64,000 nt of DNA from Octopus sinensis (taxonomy: Eukaryota): NCBI RefSeq assembly GCF_006345805.1, contig NC_043011.1, positions 43,040,464 to 43,104,463 on the forward strand, given 5' to 3'. The position numbers and the translations under genes are program-made. A model generated the notes under the pieces. The model worked only from the letters and a program-made list of their open reading frames with translations. It was not told the DNA's origin and made no database searches. Each line of letters starts with the position of its first letter. The stretch's first letter is position 1. Shown here piece by piece: positions 54,237-64,000 of the stretch.

Positions 54237-54745
54237 ATATATAATTACACATTATTATATATATTGTTAGATTTATATATATATATGTACATGCATACAT
54301 GCGTGTGCATATGCTATTGAATGGTTGAAGACGCGACCGAGGTGTCTTACATGCAGTGTGTATATTTCTCACCAAATATGGTAAGAAGCTAACAAATCAA
54401 TATTTTAAGAGGCAAGTGGCACCTTATTTGGAGTCATCCGGTGAGAACGAGCAAAACTGTGTTAAATGAAGAAATATAGAAATAACAGGAAAAAATCTTA
54501 CTATAATAACTTTCCTATTTTTTTCCATTAACAAATATTTTTGCTTTGTTATTACATTTCCTTTGTTATTACTAAAAGTAATTATCATGAAAGCTTTTAC
54601 TGAAAATAAACTCGAACACGACATGAATATAATGACTTCTATATTATATTAAGGTTGTATAGGAGCACCTTTGAAGATTCTAATTTCATATTTGTCTTCA
54701 GCTCAAGACGTTTGACTCAACCTTGCTTAACTCCGAGCAACAATC

Positions 54746-55761
54746 TGGAATAGAATATTAAATTTTGACATTTTGAAACATTGAGCTAATCATTGTAAGC
54801 ACTCAGAAAATCTACAGTGCTCCCGCTGCTTAAAATGTTGAGCCGTACTTCGATAGCCTATATACTTATATCTCACTTGACTAGACCATTTCATATTTTA
54901 TTATTTTGGCAAGAAACACGATGCAATATCGATAACTCAAGTGTAAAGACTTTCACAAAGTCGAAAACAGGAATTTTAAGGGCTGGTTGGTTGTGTTTGT
55001 TTTAAGGCATGAAGTGAATGAAAGATATAAATTTCCGATAGGTGACATTTCCAAGTAATTTGATCTCTGTTTCAGGCAGCTGCAGTTTGGAATAGAATTT
55101 TAAATTTTGACATTTTAAAACATTGAGCTAATCATTGTAAGCATTCGGGTATTCTACAGTGCTCCCACTGCTTTGTTGACCTATAATTCGATCACCTATT
55201 TAGTTATATCTCCCTTGACTAGACCATTTCAGATATCATGACTTTGCCAATAATCTAGGCGGTGAGTTGGCAGAATCGTTAGCACGTCGGGCGAAATGCA
55301 CAGCCGTATTTCGTCTGCCGTTACGTTCTGAGTTCAAATTCCGCCGAGGTCTACTTTGCCTTTTATCCTTTCGGGGTCGATAAATTAAGTACCAGTTACG
55401 CACTGGGGTCGATATAATCGACTTAATCCGTTTGTCTGTTCTTGTTTGTCTTCTCTGTGTTTATCCCCTTGTGGGTAGTAAAGAAATAGGTATTTCGCCC
55501 GTTCGCTACGTTGAAAACTAGGAGGTCGACACAATCGACTTACCCCCTCCCCCAGATTTGCTGATCTTGTGCCAAAATTTGAAAACTTTATCTTGACAAT
55601 TATAACGATACAACGCGGATAATTCTAAAGTAAAACATCTCACAGAGTCGAAAACAGGGATTTTGAGGGATAGTTTGTTGTTTCTTTTGTAAGGCATGCA
55701 GCGAATGAAAGGGATACATTTCCAACTGGTGACAATATCAAGTGGCTATTTCAGACAGCTT
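54746..55761. repeat. Two-copy tandem duplication, 342-bp period; second copy split by a SINE
   Basis: TGGAATAGAAT at 54746 and 55088; GTCGAAAACAGG...TAAGGCATG...GAATGAAAG occurs in both copies. Confidence 0.85.
55257..55590 (+). mobile_element. SINE family A composite inserted into the second copy of a tandem duplication
   Basis: Junction at 55489/55490; flanks TTGCCAATAAT and TTGACAATTAT may be a decayed TSD. Confidence 0.9.
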
Positions 55762-56894
55762 GGTGAACTGAGGTATTCCCTCGAAGACACAAGCGAAACA
55801 TCTTTGATAGATCGAAACACTCAGATTATGGTCAGGCAGGTACAATACTTCATCCTCTCAGTTCTCTTACCTTTACTAGATACCTGTGGATTTATATTAA
55901 CATGTATACTTAACGTTAGGGTTTTCTGGTACCCTACCGATAAATAAGGCTTAGAGTTTGACATTTATGCTAGGAAGGAAGATATATTGTTCATGCCATC
56001 CCCAAGAATATTGGTTTGTGCCTTAGGATATTTGGCACCAAATTTATGGAGAGAAATGAAGTTAATATTGGCTTTCACTTGTAATAGAAACTACATTTTT
56101 TAATTCCCATTCTTCCTCGCTGTGCATTATCTATTTAATAAAGCTTTCTTTGGTGTCTAATTTCGTCTTTCTTTTTTTCCTTGCTGTCCTCTTCTTTTCT
56201 TTCTTCTTTTTCTTTTTCTCATCCCTTTAACATCTCGCCCGTTTTATAACTATTTTCTTCTTTAATTCCTCACTTCTATTTTCGTATCAACGAAATTAAT
56301 AATAAATATATAAAAAAATATTTTCTCATCACTCACCTGCGTCCCTTTCTATTTCACGCCAAAATTGGAATTGGTGAGACGTGTTCTGTAAATAAATCCA
56401 CTGACAAATGAGGTATCATTAGCATTTTTAAAGACTAAAAACTTATTATATTTTTGTTGTTGTCGTTGTTGTTGCCAATCGATCTTACGGATTACAAATA
56501 ATAAAATAAATAACACATCAACATCAATAATCCGGATTATCGAAAGAGAATCAAAAATTTTAAATCAAAACATAATTCTTCACAATTTTTAATTAGTTTT
56601 CCCGCTGAATAAAAGCCATTTTAAGACTTTTCTCCGACTAAATTTCGTCGTTTCGTTTTATCACAAAGAATAATCTCAGAAATAATCCATTATATTATTT
56701 ATTTTTTCGTCTTCTTTAATCGGATTTGACAATGTCACACATGAAATTATACAAGTGCAATAGTTAGCAGCGTCAGCGCTGACGCCAGACATGGATTGTT
56801 CCTAGTATGACGCTTAATAGAACTTGGAAAGCGAAATAATTAGATACGTTGTGGCTAATCTTACTGCAACAAGAGTATGGTAGATTTTCTTTCT

Positions 56895-57610
56895 TAGTTT
56901 GGCACAAGGCCAGCATTTTTGAAGGAGGGGAAAATTGATTACATCGGTCTCACTGCTCAAATGGGGCTTCATTTTATCGACCAAGAAAGGATGAGGGGCA
57001 AAGTCAACCTTGGAGAAATTTAAAATCGGATCGTGAAGAAGTGGAAGAAATTCCGCTGAGTAAGTCCGATGCAGTAGCGATTCGGCCAGGTCAGTGCCTT
57101 GAAATCATGGTAATAATGTTTTCTAATTTTTGGTAAATGGATAGCAATTTTGAGGGAGGGGAAGGCAATTACATCGACCTTACAACTTGACTAACACTTA
57201 TTTTATCGACCCCGAAAGGATGAAAGGCAGGTTTTACCTCAGCGGAATTTGAACTCAGAACGTAAAGACGAGCGAAATGCCGCTAAGTATTCTGTCTTGC
57301 GTACTAACGATTCTGCAAGCTCGCCTCCTTAGAATATTGTAATAATGGTTTCAAATTTTGGCACAAGGCCAGGAAGTTCGGGGGAGGGGGTAAGTCGATT
57401 ACATCGATGTCACTGCTCGACTGGTACTTATTTTATCGACCCCGAAAGGATGAAAGACAAATTTTATCTGATTGGAGCTTGAACTCAGAGCGTAAAGACG
57501 GACGAATTACCGCTAAGCATTTTGCCCTGCATGCTAACGACTTTGCGAGTTCACCTCGAAAGAGTATGATAATAATCACATACATAACACTGACACCAGC
57601 TCTAGAATTT
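56895..57610 (-). repeat. Head-to-tail run of three old-type family A units
   Basis: GGCACAAGGCCAG...GATTACATCG...TTTTATCGACC...GAAAGGATG pattern repeated three times. Confidence 0.75.
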
Positions 57611-57723
57611 TGAGACGAAGGAGTGTATGGTCTAGTAAATACATCCCAGTGTTTGACCTCAACTACTTTAGCCTCCCTAGGAAGATCGAGCCAACAGGAA
57701 AGATACGAAAGGACCGATGAATA

Positions 57724-58095
57724 AGGCGGTGAGCTGGCAGAATCGTTAGCACGCCGGGCAAAATGCTTAGCGGTATTCGTCTGCCGTTACGTTGTGAGTT
57801 CAAATTCCGCCGAGGTCGACTTTGCCTTTCATCCTTCGGGGTCGATAATTAAGTACCAGTTACGCACTGGGGTCGATATAATCGACTTAATACCTATGTC
57901 TGTCCTGTTTGTCCCTCTATGTTTAGCCCCTTGTGGTAATAAAGAAATAGGTATTTCGTCTCGAGGTATTTCGAGGTTGACTTTGCCTTTTATCCTTTCG
58001 AGGTCGATAAATTAAGTACCAGTTGCGTACTGGGTCGATCTAATCGACTGGCACCGTCCCCCAAAATTTCGGGCCTTGTGCCTATAGTAGAACAG
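57724..58095 (+). mobile_element. SINE family A composite
   Basis: Junction at 57950/57951, then an old-tail unit. Confidence 0.9.
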
Positions 58096-58341
58096 AAAGG
58101 GCCGACGAAAGAGCTACTACGTGGCCGCACAACGGAAATGCAATTAAATTTCTTTTACATTACACCCAGCAGACTTTTTAAAAGATGGCACATTTATTAA
58201 ACAAAAAGGAGAACAGAGAGATGGTTTAGGCTGAATATATTCGGACAACAACAAAGACATGTTGGGAATAAGAAAAAAGCTTTGATTGCAACACGAGTTG
58301 AACGTACAAACTCTGAAGTATTTTGTCGGGGTTGTACAGAA

Positions 58342-58441
58342 ACTATTATCTACTTTCCTCAGGGCGGCGAGCTGGCAGAATCGTCTAGCGCGCCGGGCGA
58401 AATGCTTAGCGGTATTTCGTCTGTCGTTACGTTCTGAGTTC
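58342..58441 (+). mobile_element. SINE family A head truncated by an assembly gap
   Basis: Near-consensus head running into Ns at 58442. Confidence 0.85.
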
Positions 58442-58541
58442 NNNNNNNNNNNNNNNNNNNNNNNNNNNNNNNNNNNNNNNNNNNNNNNNNNNNNNNNNNN
58501 NNNNNNNNNNNNNNNNNNNNNNNNNNNNNNNNNNNNNNNNN
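58442..58541. other. Assembly gap (100 N)
   Basis: Run of N. Confidence 1.
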
Positions 58542-59209
58542 TGTGTGTCAACCGTATTGCCGAAGTTATATAACGCAAGAATCGCTAGAAATGGGTGTCA
58601 GAAAAATATAGAGAAACAATGGCCAACCAGGAGAAATACATAGCAAGCATAATAGGCCAGAATGAGAAAGCCCAAAAGAAAATAATTCTTGAGTTCTGAA
58701 TGTTATCTCACATGGTTCTAAAAAAACCATTCTTCATCACCAGTTTTCCCAAGCTATAAAAACAGAATTTTATTGAATCATTTTGGAATATTTTTAAATA
58801 CCTTGTATATATTCAAGAACTTTGAAAAAAAATTATGCTCACAGAAAAAAGTAAAAAGACACATCAAAAATAACTTAATTCAAAATTTTCCCATTCAGTT
58901 CCTTGCCAATATTCTGCTTGCGATACTTGTTTATAGAATTCATGGAATATATTACATAAAGATTGCTTATATTGCCATCATGCAAACAATGGGGACGAAC
59001 GTTTAACAGGGAGAGCTTTACACACATACACACACATACACATATACTTGGCATACACGCCCACATATATATATACATATACTTATATGAATATATACAT
59101 GCATTAATGTAAATATATAAATATATGTAGATATATATGTATACATGTACACACGTATATACGTATACATACATACATACATACATACATACATACATAC
59201 ATACATACA

Positions 59210-59263
<54 letters not shown>

Positions 59264-59504
59264 CACACGCATAGATATATATTTTTATACACATATTTAT
59301 ATACACATGTGAATGTTTGCACTCGTGTACGTGGGCGTAAATTTCGGAATAGTGCTTGAAACACTACTTCTTAATATAATTGTAAATCAATATTTTAGTT
59401 CTTCCACAATATTCCAGTGGATTCTTGCAGTCGATAATTACTCGAAATAAATAAACAATAGTGAGACGCATGTTTTATGATAAACTTCGCATTATCATTG
59501 GCAA

Positions 59505-59865
59505 CGTGGCAGAATCGTTAGCATGCTGGACGAACGAAATGCTTGTTAGCACGCCGGGTGAAGTGCGTAGCGGTATTTCGTCTGCGTTACGTTGTGAGTT
59601 CAAATTCCGCCGAGGTCGACTTTGCCTTTCATCCTTTCGGGGTCGATAAGTTAAGTACCAGTTACGCACTGGGGTCGATGTAATCGACTTAATACCTATG
59701 TCTGTCCTTGTTTGTCCCCTCTGTGTTTAGCCCCTTGTGGATAATAAAGAAATAGGTATTTCGCCCGTCGTTCAAATTCCACCGAAGTTGACTTTGCTTT
59801 TTATCCTTCCGGGGTCGATAAATCAAGTACCAGTGAAACACTGGGGTCGATGTAATTTGTAGAGT
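59505..59865 (+). mobile_element. SINE family A composite with a duplicated A-box segment
   Basis: GTTAGCA...GAAATGC segment is duplicated; junction at 59755/59756. Confidence 0.85.
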
Positions 59866-60374
59866 GTCAGTAACTATATGCAGTTTCTCGAGGATCCACG
59901 AAGGTAGTAACGCTATTCCATTGCAGTGGCGAAAGATAAACAAATGCGACCGTTTGAGGAAAACGGAAGGCCCATTTTTGACACCATTAGTTAAAGCCAC
60001 ATGAGTAACTTCTGGCTAGAAGGACTTAGAAAACGAAAGAAAGACCAACATACAACATCAGAGACGGTCAGTGAATTGGATTTCATGGCTGTGGCTGCTT
60101 CTACCTCTGCTTTCAGATCAGTGACTCCGAGAATAGGCAGATGATAATCAACACAGGACTGCCGTATGTAGTGAAACCTAACAGGAAACTGTGTAGCTGG
60201 AAAGCGAAAATCTTATTCATACTGTCCTGCATGGATACATAACATGCACAATATAAATACACACATTCATATCAGTGTGTTTGTGAGTGTATGTGTGTCT
60301 GTATGTATATATTTGTATGTAAATCCACATGTACCCTTTTGTAATACAGAAACAGGATTATTATACGTAGACCA

Positions 60375-60443
60375 TTATCATCATCATCATCATCATCATC
60401 ATCGTCATCATCATCATCATCGTCGTCATCATCATCATCATCG

Positions 60444-60476
<33 letters not shown>

Positions 60477-60560
60477 CCACCACCATCATCACCACCACCA
60501 CCATCATCACCATCACCATCACCATCATCATCGTCATCATCATTTTCTTCATCATTGCCA
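60375..60560. repeat. (CAT)n/(CAC)n
   Basis: Direct reading. Confidence 0.95.
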
Positions 60561-61675
60561 TCAGCAGCAATAACGGCAACAACATAAACTCTTCAGTATA
60601 CATTATAAGTCTTATTCATTTGACCATTTGAATGTGAATTCGAAAACTATTACCATGTCTATAACAATAACTGTATAACTTTAATGAAGAGCTTTGTAAC
60701 AGAAATTATTTCCAGGAGAGAATCATGTTAAGTAAAACAAATAACAAACAAGCGAAATAACATGAAAATGAAAATGAAAAAAAAAAAAAAATAGACGAGC
60801 GGCCATAAATCTATTAGCATCAATACAGTAATCTGCCAATAGAAAATTGAAACGGTAACATTTTGAAATCAACTCGTCCAGATAACATTTCATGACATAT
60901 ATTTTCCTCCATTTTGAAACTAACTCAACGGTGATGTAATTTGATATTTCACAAGACTAACGCACACGGCATTGGATATTCTAATGTCACTGAAAGGTTA
61001 ATTTGATGTGTTTATTATCTAAAGAACCCCAGTGTGGAAGATCAATCCCGTAATGAAAATTTTAAATACTTTGATGCATTGTTTAACGGATAAATACTTG
61101 TTCACAACGACACCGCCGCCGTCATCACTCATAGCATGAAAATTAATGGATATCAAGTTATAATAATTCGAGGCACACACACACGCACATATGAACGCAC
61201 ACACACACACACAACATTCACACACACACACACATACATATACACACTAATACCAACATAATAATTATTAATGCAATTAAGCATTTCTGGCTTCACTGAG
61301 TTAAAAAAAAGGAATAGAGAATATTTTAAATGATTCAGGGATTAGGACGGAGTTTGATAACTGGTGTATAGCAACAGACTGTTTGTGTGAAGCAGGATAT
61401 GGAAAATATTCTCCATTGGGTGGCAAGTTAGTTTATTTCTGCCAATAATATTCCCAAATGGTCTGCTATACTTTTTCTGGCGATTTCTCACCAGAAACGC
61501 AACATAACGGAATGAATAGAATGAAAAGATGTTAATACACTTGTAAGCTAAAAGTAGGTGAAGCTTATTACTGCTGTCTAAGCCGACATTAAATGTGATT
61601 GAACAAAGCTGAAGTCAAAGTTGTTCCAGCCGTGACTGTCCCGTCTCTCTTCTAAGCACAGTGCACTCACCTTTT

Positions 61676-61999
61676 ATCTTTTATTTGTTTTAGTTATTAA
61701 ACTGAGGCCATGCTGGGGCACCGCGATGAAGAACTTTTAGTCGAATGAATCGGTCCCAGTACTTATATTTTTCTTAAAGCCTGGTATTTATTCTGTCACT
61801 TTTGCCGAACGGCTAAGTTATGGGGGTGTAAACACACAAGCACCAGTTGTCAAGCGATGGCAGGGAGAAATACAAACACAAAGACACACACAAAGTTATA
61901 TTTACCTTTAGCTTGGGCTAACTGTAGCGTTGGGCCGACGCTATATATATATACACACACAACAGGATTCTTTTAGTTTCCGTCTATCAAATCCACTCC

Positions 62000-62000
<1 letters not shown>
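61676..62000 (-). mobile_element. SINE family B, degenerate partial
   Basis: GGCCATGCTGGGGCACCGC tail and TTTGCCGAACGGCTAAGTTA body. Confidence 0.7.
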
Positions 62001-62031
<31 letters not shown>

Positions 62032-62044
62032 TATATATATATAA

Positions 62045-62300
62045 TTTAATCCAAACGGGAAACAAAAAAACAACAACAATGGAACAATTACAGTATTATT
62101 ATTAATAGGCGCTCAGGAAATGGAAGCAGGGAGGTATGACGTTTCGAGCGGAGCTCTTCGTCGGAAACATAAAGAAGGAAGAGAGAGGAAAGAAAGATCC
62201 AGAGCGGGCAACAGGGAAGAGAAAAAAGACGACTGGTGTTTACGAGTTGCACATGGTGAAAGGCGGATGTTACGATAACAAGAGCAAAGTGGGTTTTTAA
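62045..62300 (-). mobile_element. Penelope-like terminal-repeat (pLTR)-type fragment with a minimal hammerhead motif
   Basis: Minus strand: pyrimidine-rich run, then GTTT-CCGACGA-A-GAGC-TCC-GCTC-GAAAC-GTC-ATAC (62134-62168), then an AT-rich end. Confidence 0.55.
62134..62168 (-). ncRNA. Minimal type-I hammerhead-ribozyme-like motif (U4>C variant)
   Basis: Core CCGACGA (canonical CUGANGA), extra A, perfect 4-bp helix II, GAAAC, GUC triplet. Helix I has one mismatch. Confidence 0.6.
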
Positions 62301-62329
62301 AGGCAAAAGAGTGGAGACAAGGTTGGTAA

Positions 62330-63900
62330 CGCAACAGATGTGTGTGTATGTGTGAGTGTGTGCGTGTGCGTGTGTGTATGTGTGTGTGTGAGGCGAGATG
62401 AAAAAACAAAAAAAATATATGTGTGTGTTGTAGGTGTGCGTCTGTGTGTAGGCGTGTGAGGTAGGGCGAGACTAGTGGTCAGCTTAGCAGCCAGGTCAGT
62501 AGTAAGAAAAAGAAGGAAGGAAGGAGAAGGGAGGGAGGGGAAGGGGTGGGGCGTATGTAGCGTGCCAGCGTGTGTTGAGTAGTAGTGTGTGTGTTTGTGT
62601 CCAGTTGTCGGTGGTATTAATGGCGAGTAGATTGAATGTGTGTAAGAGTAATGTATATATTTTAAGCAATGTGTGTATATGTGTGCGCGTGTGTGTAACG
62701 AAAAAAGGGGGGGGTTAAGGAAAAGGACCCAGCTGAGGGGAAGATGGAAGAGTGGTCCCGCGGAGACGGGCGTGGGAAACCCAACGACACAGACGGTCCA
62801 GGGACGGGCGGGAGGTCTCGTCGGGTCCAAGAGCGAGGTGCATGCGGCGCGTATGCGTTGCGCGAACGGCGCAAGCGCGTGTTGTGCGCGCGCCTGCGAG
62901 TATGCGCGTAATAGTATGTAGGTATGTGTGGATGTGTGAGTGTGTCTGTGTGTATGTCTGGGTTGGCAGTGTGTCCGATGAATGTATGTGAGTATGGTGT
63001 ATGTATGTGTGTGCATATGTATGTCCGTGTTGTGTGTGTGTGTGTGTATGTGTGTGAGTGTGTATGTATGTACGTGTGGGTGTGGGAAGTGTGTGTATGT
63101 GCATGTGTGGCGCGTACATACAGGTGTGTGAGTGTGTGTGTGTGTATGTATGTGTGAGAGTGTGTATGTATGTGTGTGTAGGATGCATGTATGTGTATGG
63201 GTGATGTATGCGTGTGTGTATGTATGTATGTGTACGTGCGTGTGTGTGTGTGTATGCGTGTAGGTGTGCGCGTGTGCATGCATGCATGCATGTGCGTATG
63301 TGTGTGTGTGTGCATGTGTGTGGGTGGTATATATGTAGGTGCGTATATGTGTGTGTATGTGCGTACATGTGTGTATGTGTGTATGCATGTGTGTGTATGT
63401 AGGTGTGTAGGCGTTGTGTGTATAAGTGTATGTATGTAAGTATGTATGGGTGTGTCCGTGTATGTGTGGTGTATGTATGTGTGTGTATGTAGGTGTGTGG
63501 GCGTGTGTATATGTGTGTGTATGTAGGTGTGTGGGCGTGTGTATATAGGTGTATGTGTGTATGTCTGGGTGTGTCCGTGCATGTTTGTGTGTGTGTGTGT
63601 ATGCATGTGTATGTAGGTGTGTGTGTACGTGGTAATGTATGTGTGTATGCGTGTGTATGCGTGCGTGTGTGTATGTAGGTGCGTGTGTATGTGTGTGGGA
63701 GTGTAGGTGTGTGTGTGCGTGTGCGTGTTTATGTTGGTGTGTGCGTATGTGAGTGTGAGTGTATGGGTGTTGTCATGCATGTGGTGCGCGTGCAGGTGAG
63801 TGTGTGGTAAGTATGTGTGTGTGTGTATGTTTAACACCACCCACACACACACCACACACACACACACACCACACACACACTTATCTATATATATATATAT
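62330..63900. repeat. Long degenerate (GT)/(GTAT) low-complexity region
   Basis: Source of the 363-430 aa His/Thr pseudo-ORFs. Confidence 0.9.
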
Positions 63901-63904
63901 ATAC

Positions 63905-64000
63905 ATACGACAGGCTTCTTTTACTTTCTGTCTACGAAATCCACATCCACTCACAAGACCTTGCTCGGCTGGAGGCTATAGTAGAAGACATTTGCTCAAG
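63905..64000 (-). mobile_element. SINE family B fragment cut by the window end
   Basis: CGACAGGCTTC...GAGGCTATAGTAGAAGACATTTGCTCAAG. Confidence 0.8.

Noticed and set aside
59880-60220. Possible RTE-related non-coding segment
   Set aside because: Impression only; no ORF motif and no second copy in the window.
62297-63954. 363-430 aa His/Thr-rich ORFs
   Set aside because: Translations of (CA)n/(CATA)n low-complexity DNA; open in several frames; no domain.

Overview
Repeat-saturated, AT-rich animal DNA (intron or intergenic). I infer an Octopus-type cephalopod genome from the repeat families; this cannot be confirmed without a database. No host protein-coding gene can be supported, because nearly all long ORFs in the track are translated microsatellites. 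The window holds dozens of copies or fragments of at least five tRNA-derived SINE families (called A-E here). It also holds decayed LINE fragments: a clear R4/Dong-type C-terminus sitting in a (TAA)n tract, an RTE-clade C-terminus, a probable CR1/L2-group remnant and an unidentified LINE-like 3' end. There are putative hAT/Helitron non-autonomous elements, many microsatellites and two 100-N gaps. The most interesting signals are: (1) five hammerhead-ribozyme-like motifs of the Penelope (PLE) type, one forming the 3' part of a tRNA-headed SINE; (2) a SINE family with an invariant internal junction and two alternative 3' tails, one matching a LINE-like 3' end found in the same window; (3) a ~555-bp non-coding element flanked by (AAT)n next to the Dong fragment; (4) module swapping between SINE families; (5) several fold-back structures. 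All alignments were done by eye, boundaries are approximate (about +/-10-20 bp), and some segments show long-read-type deletion errors.
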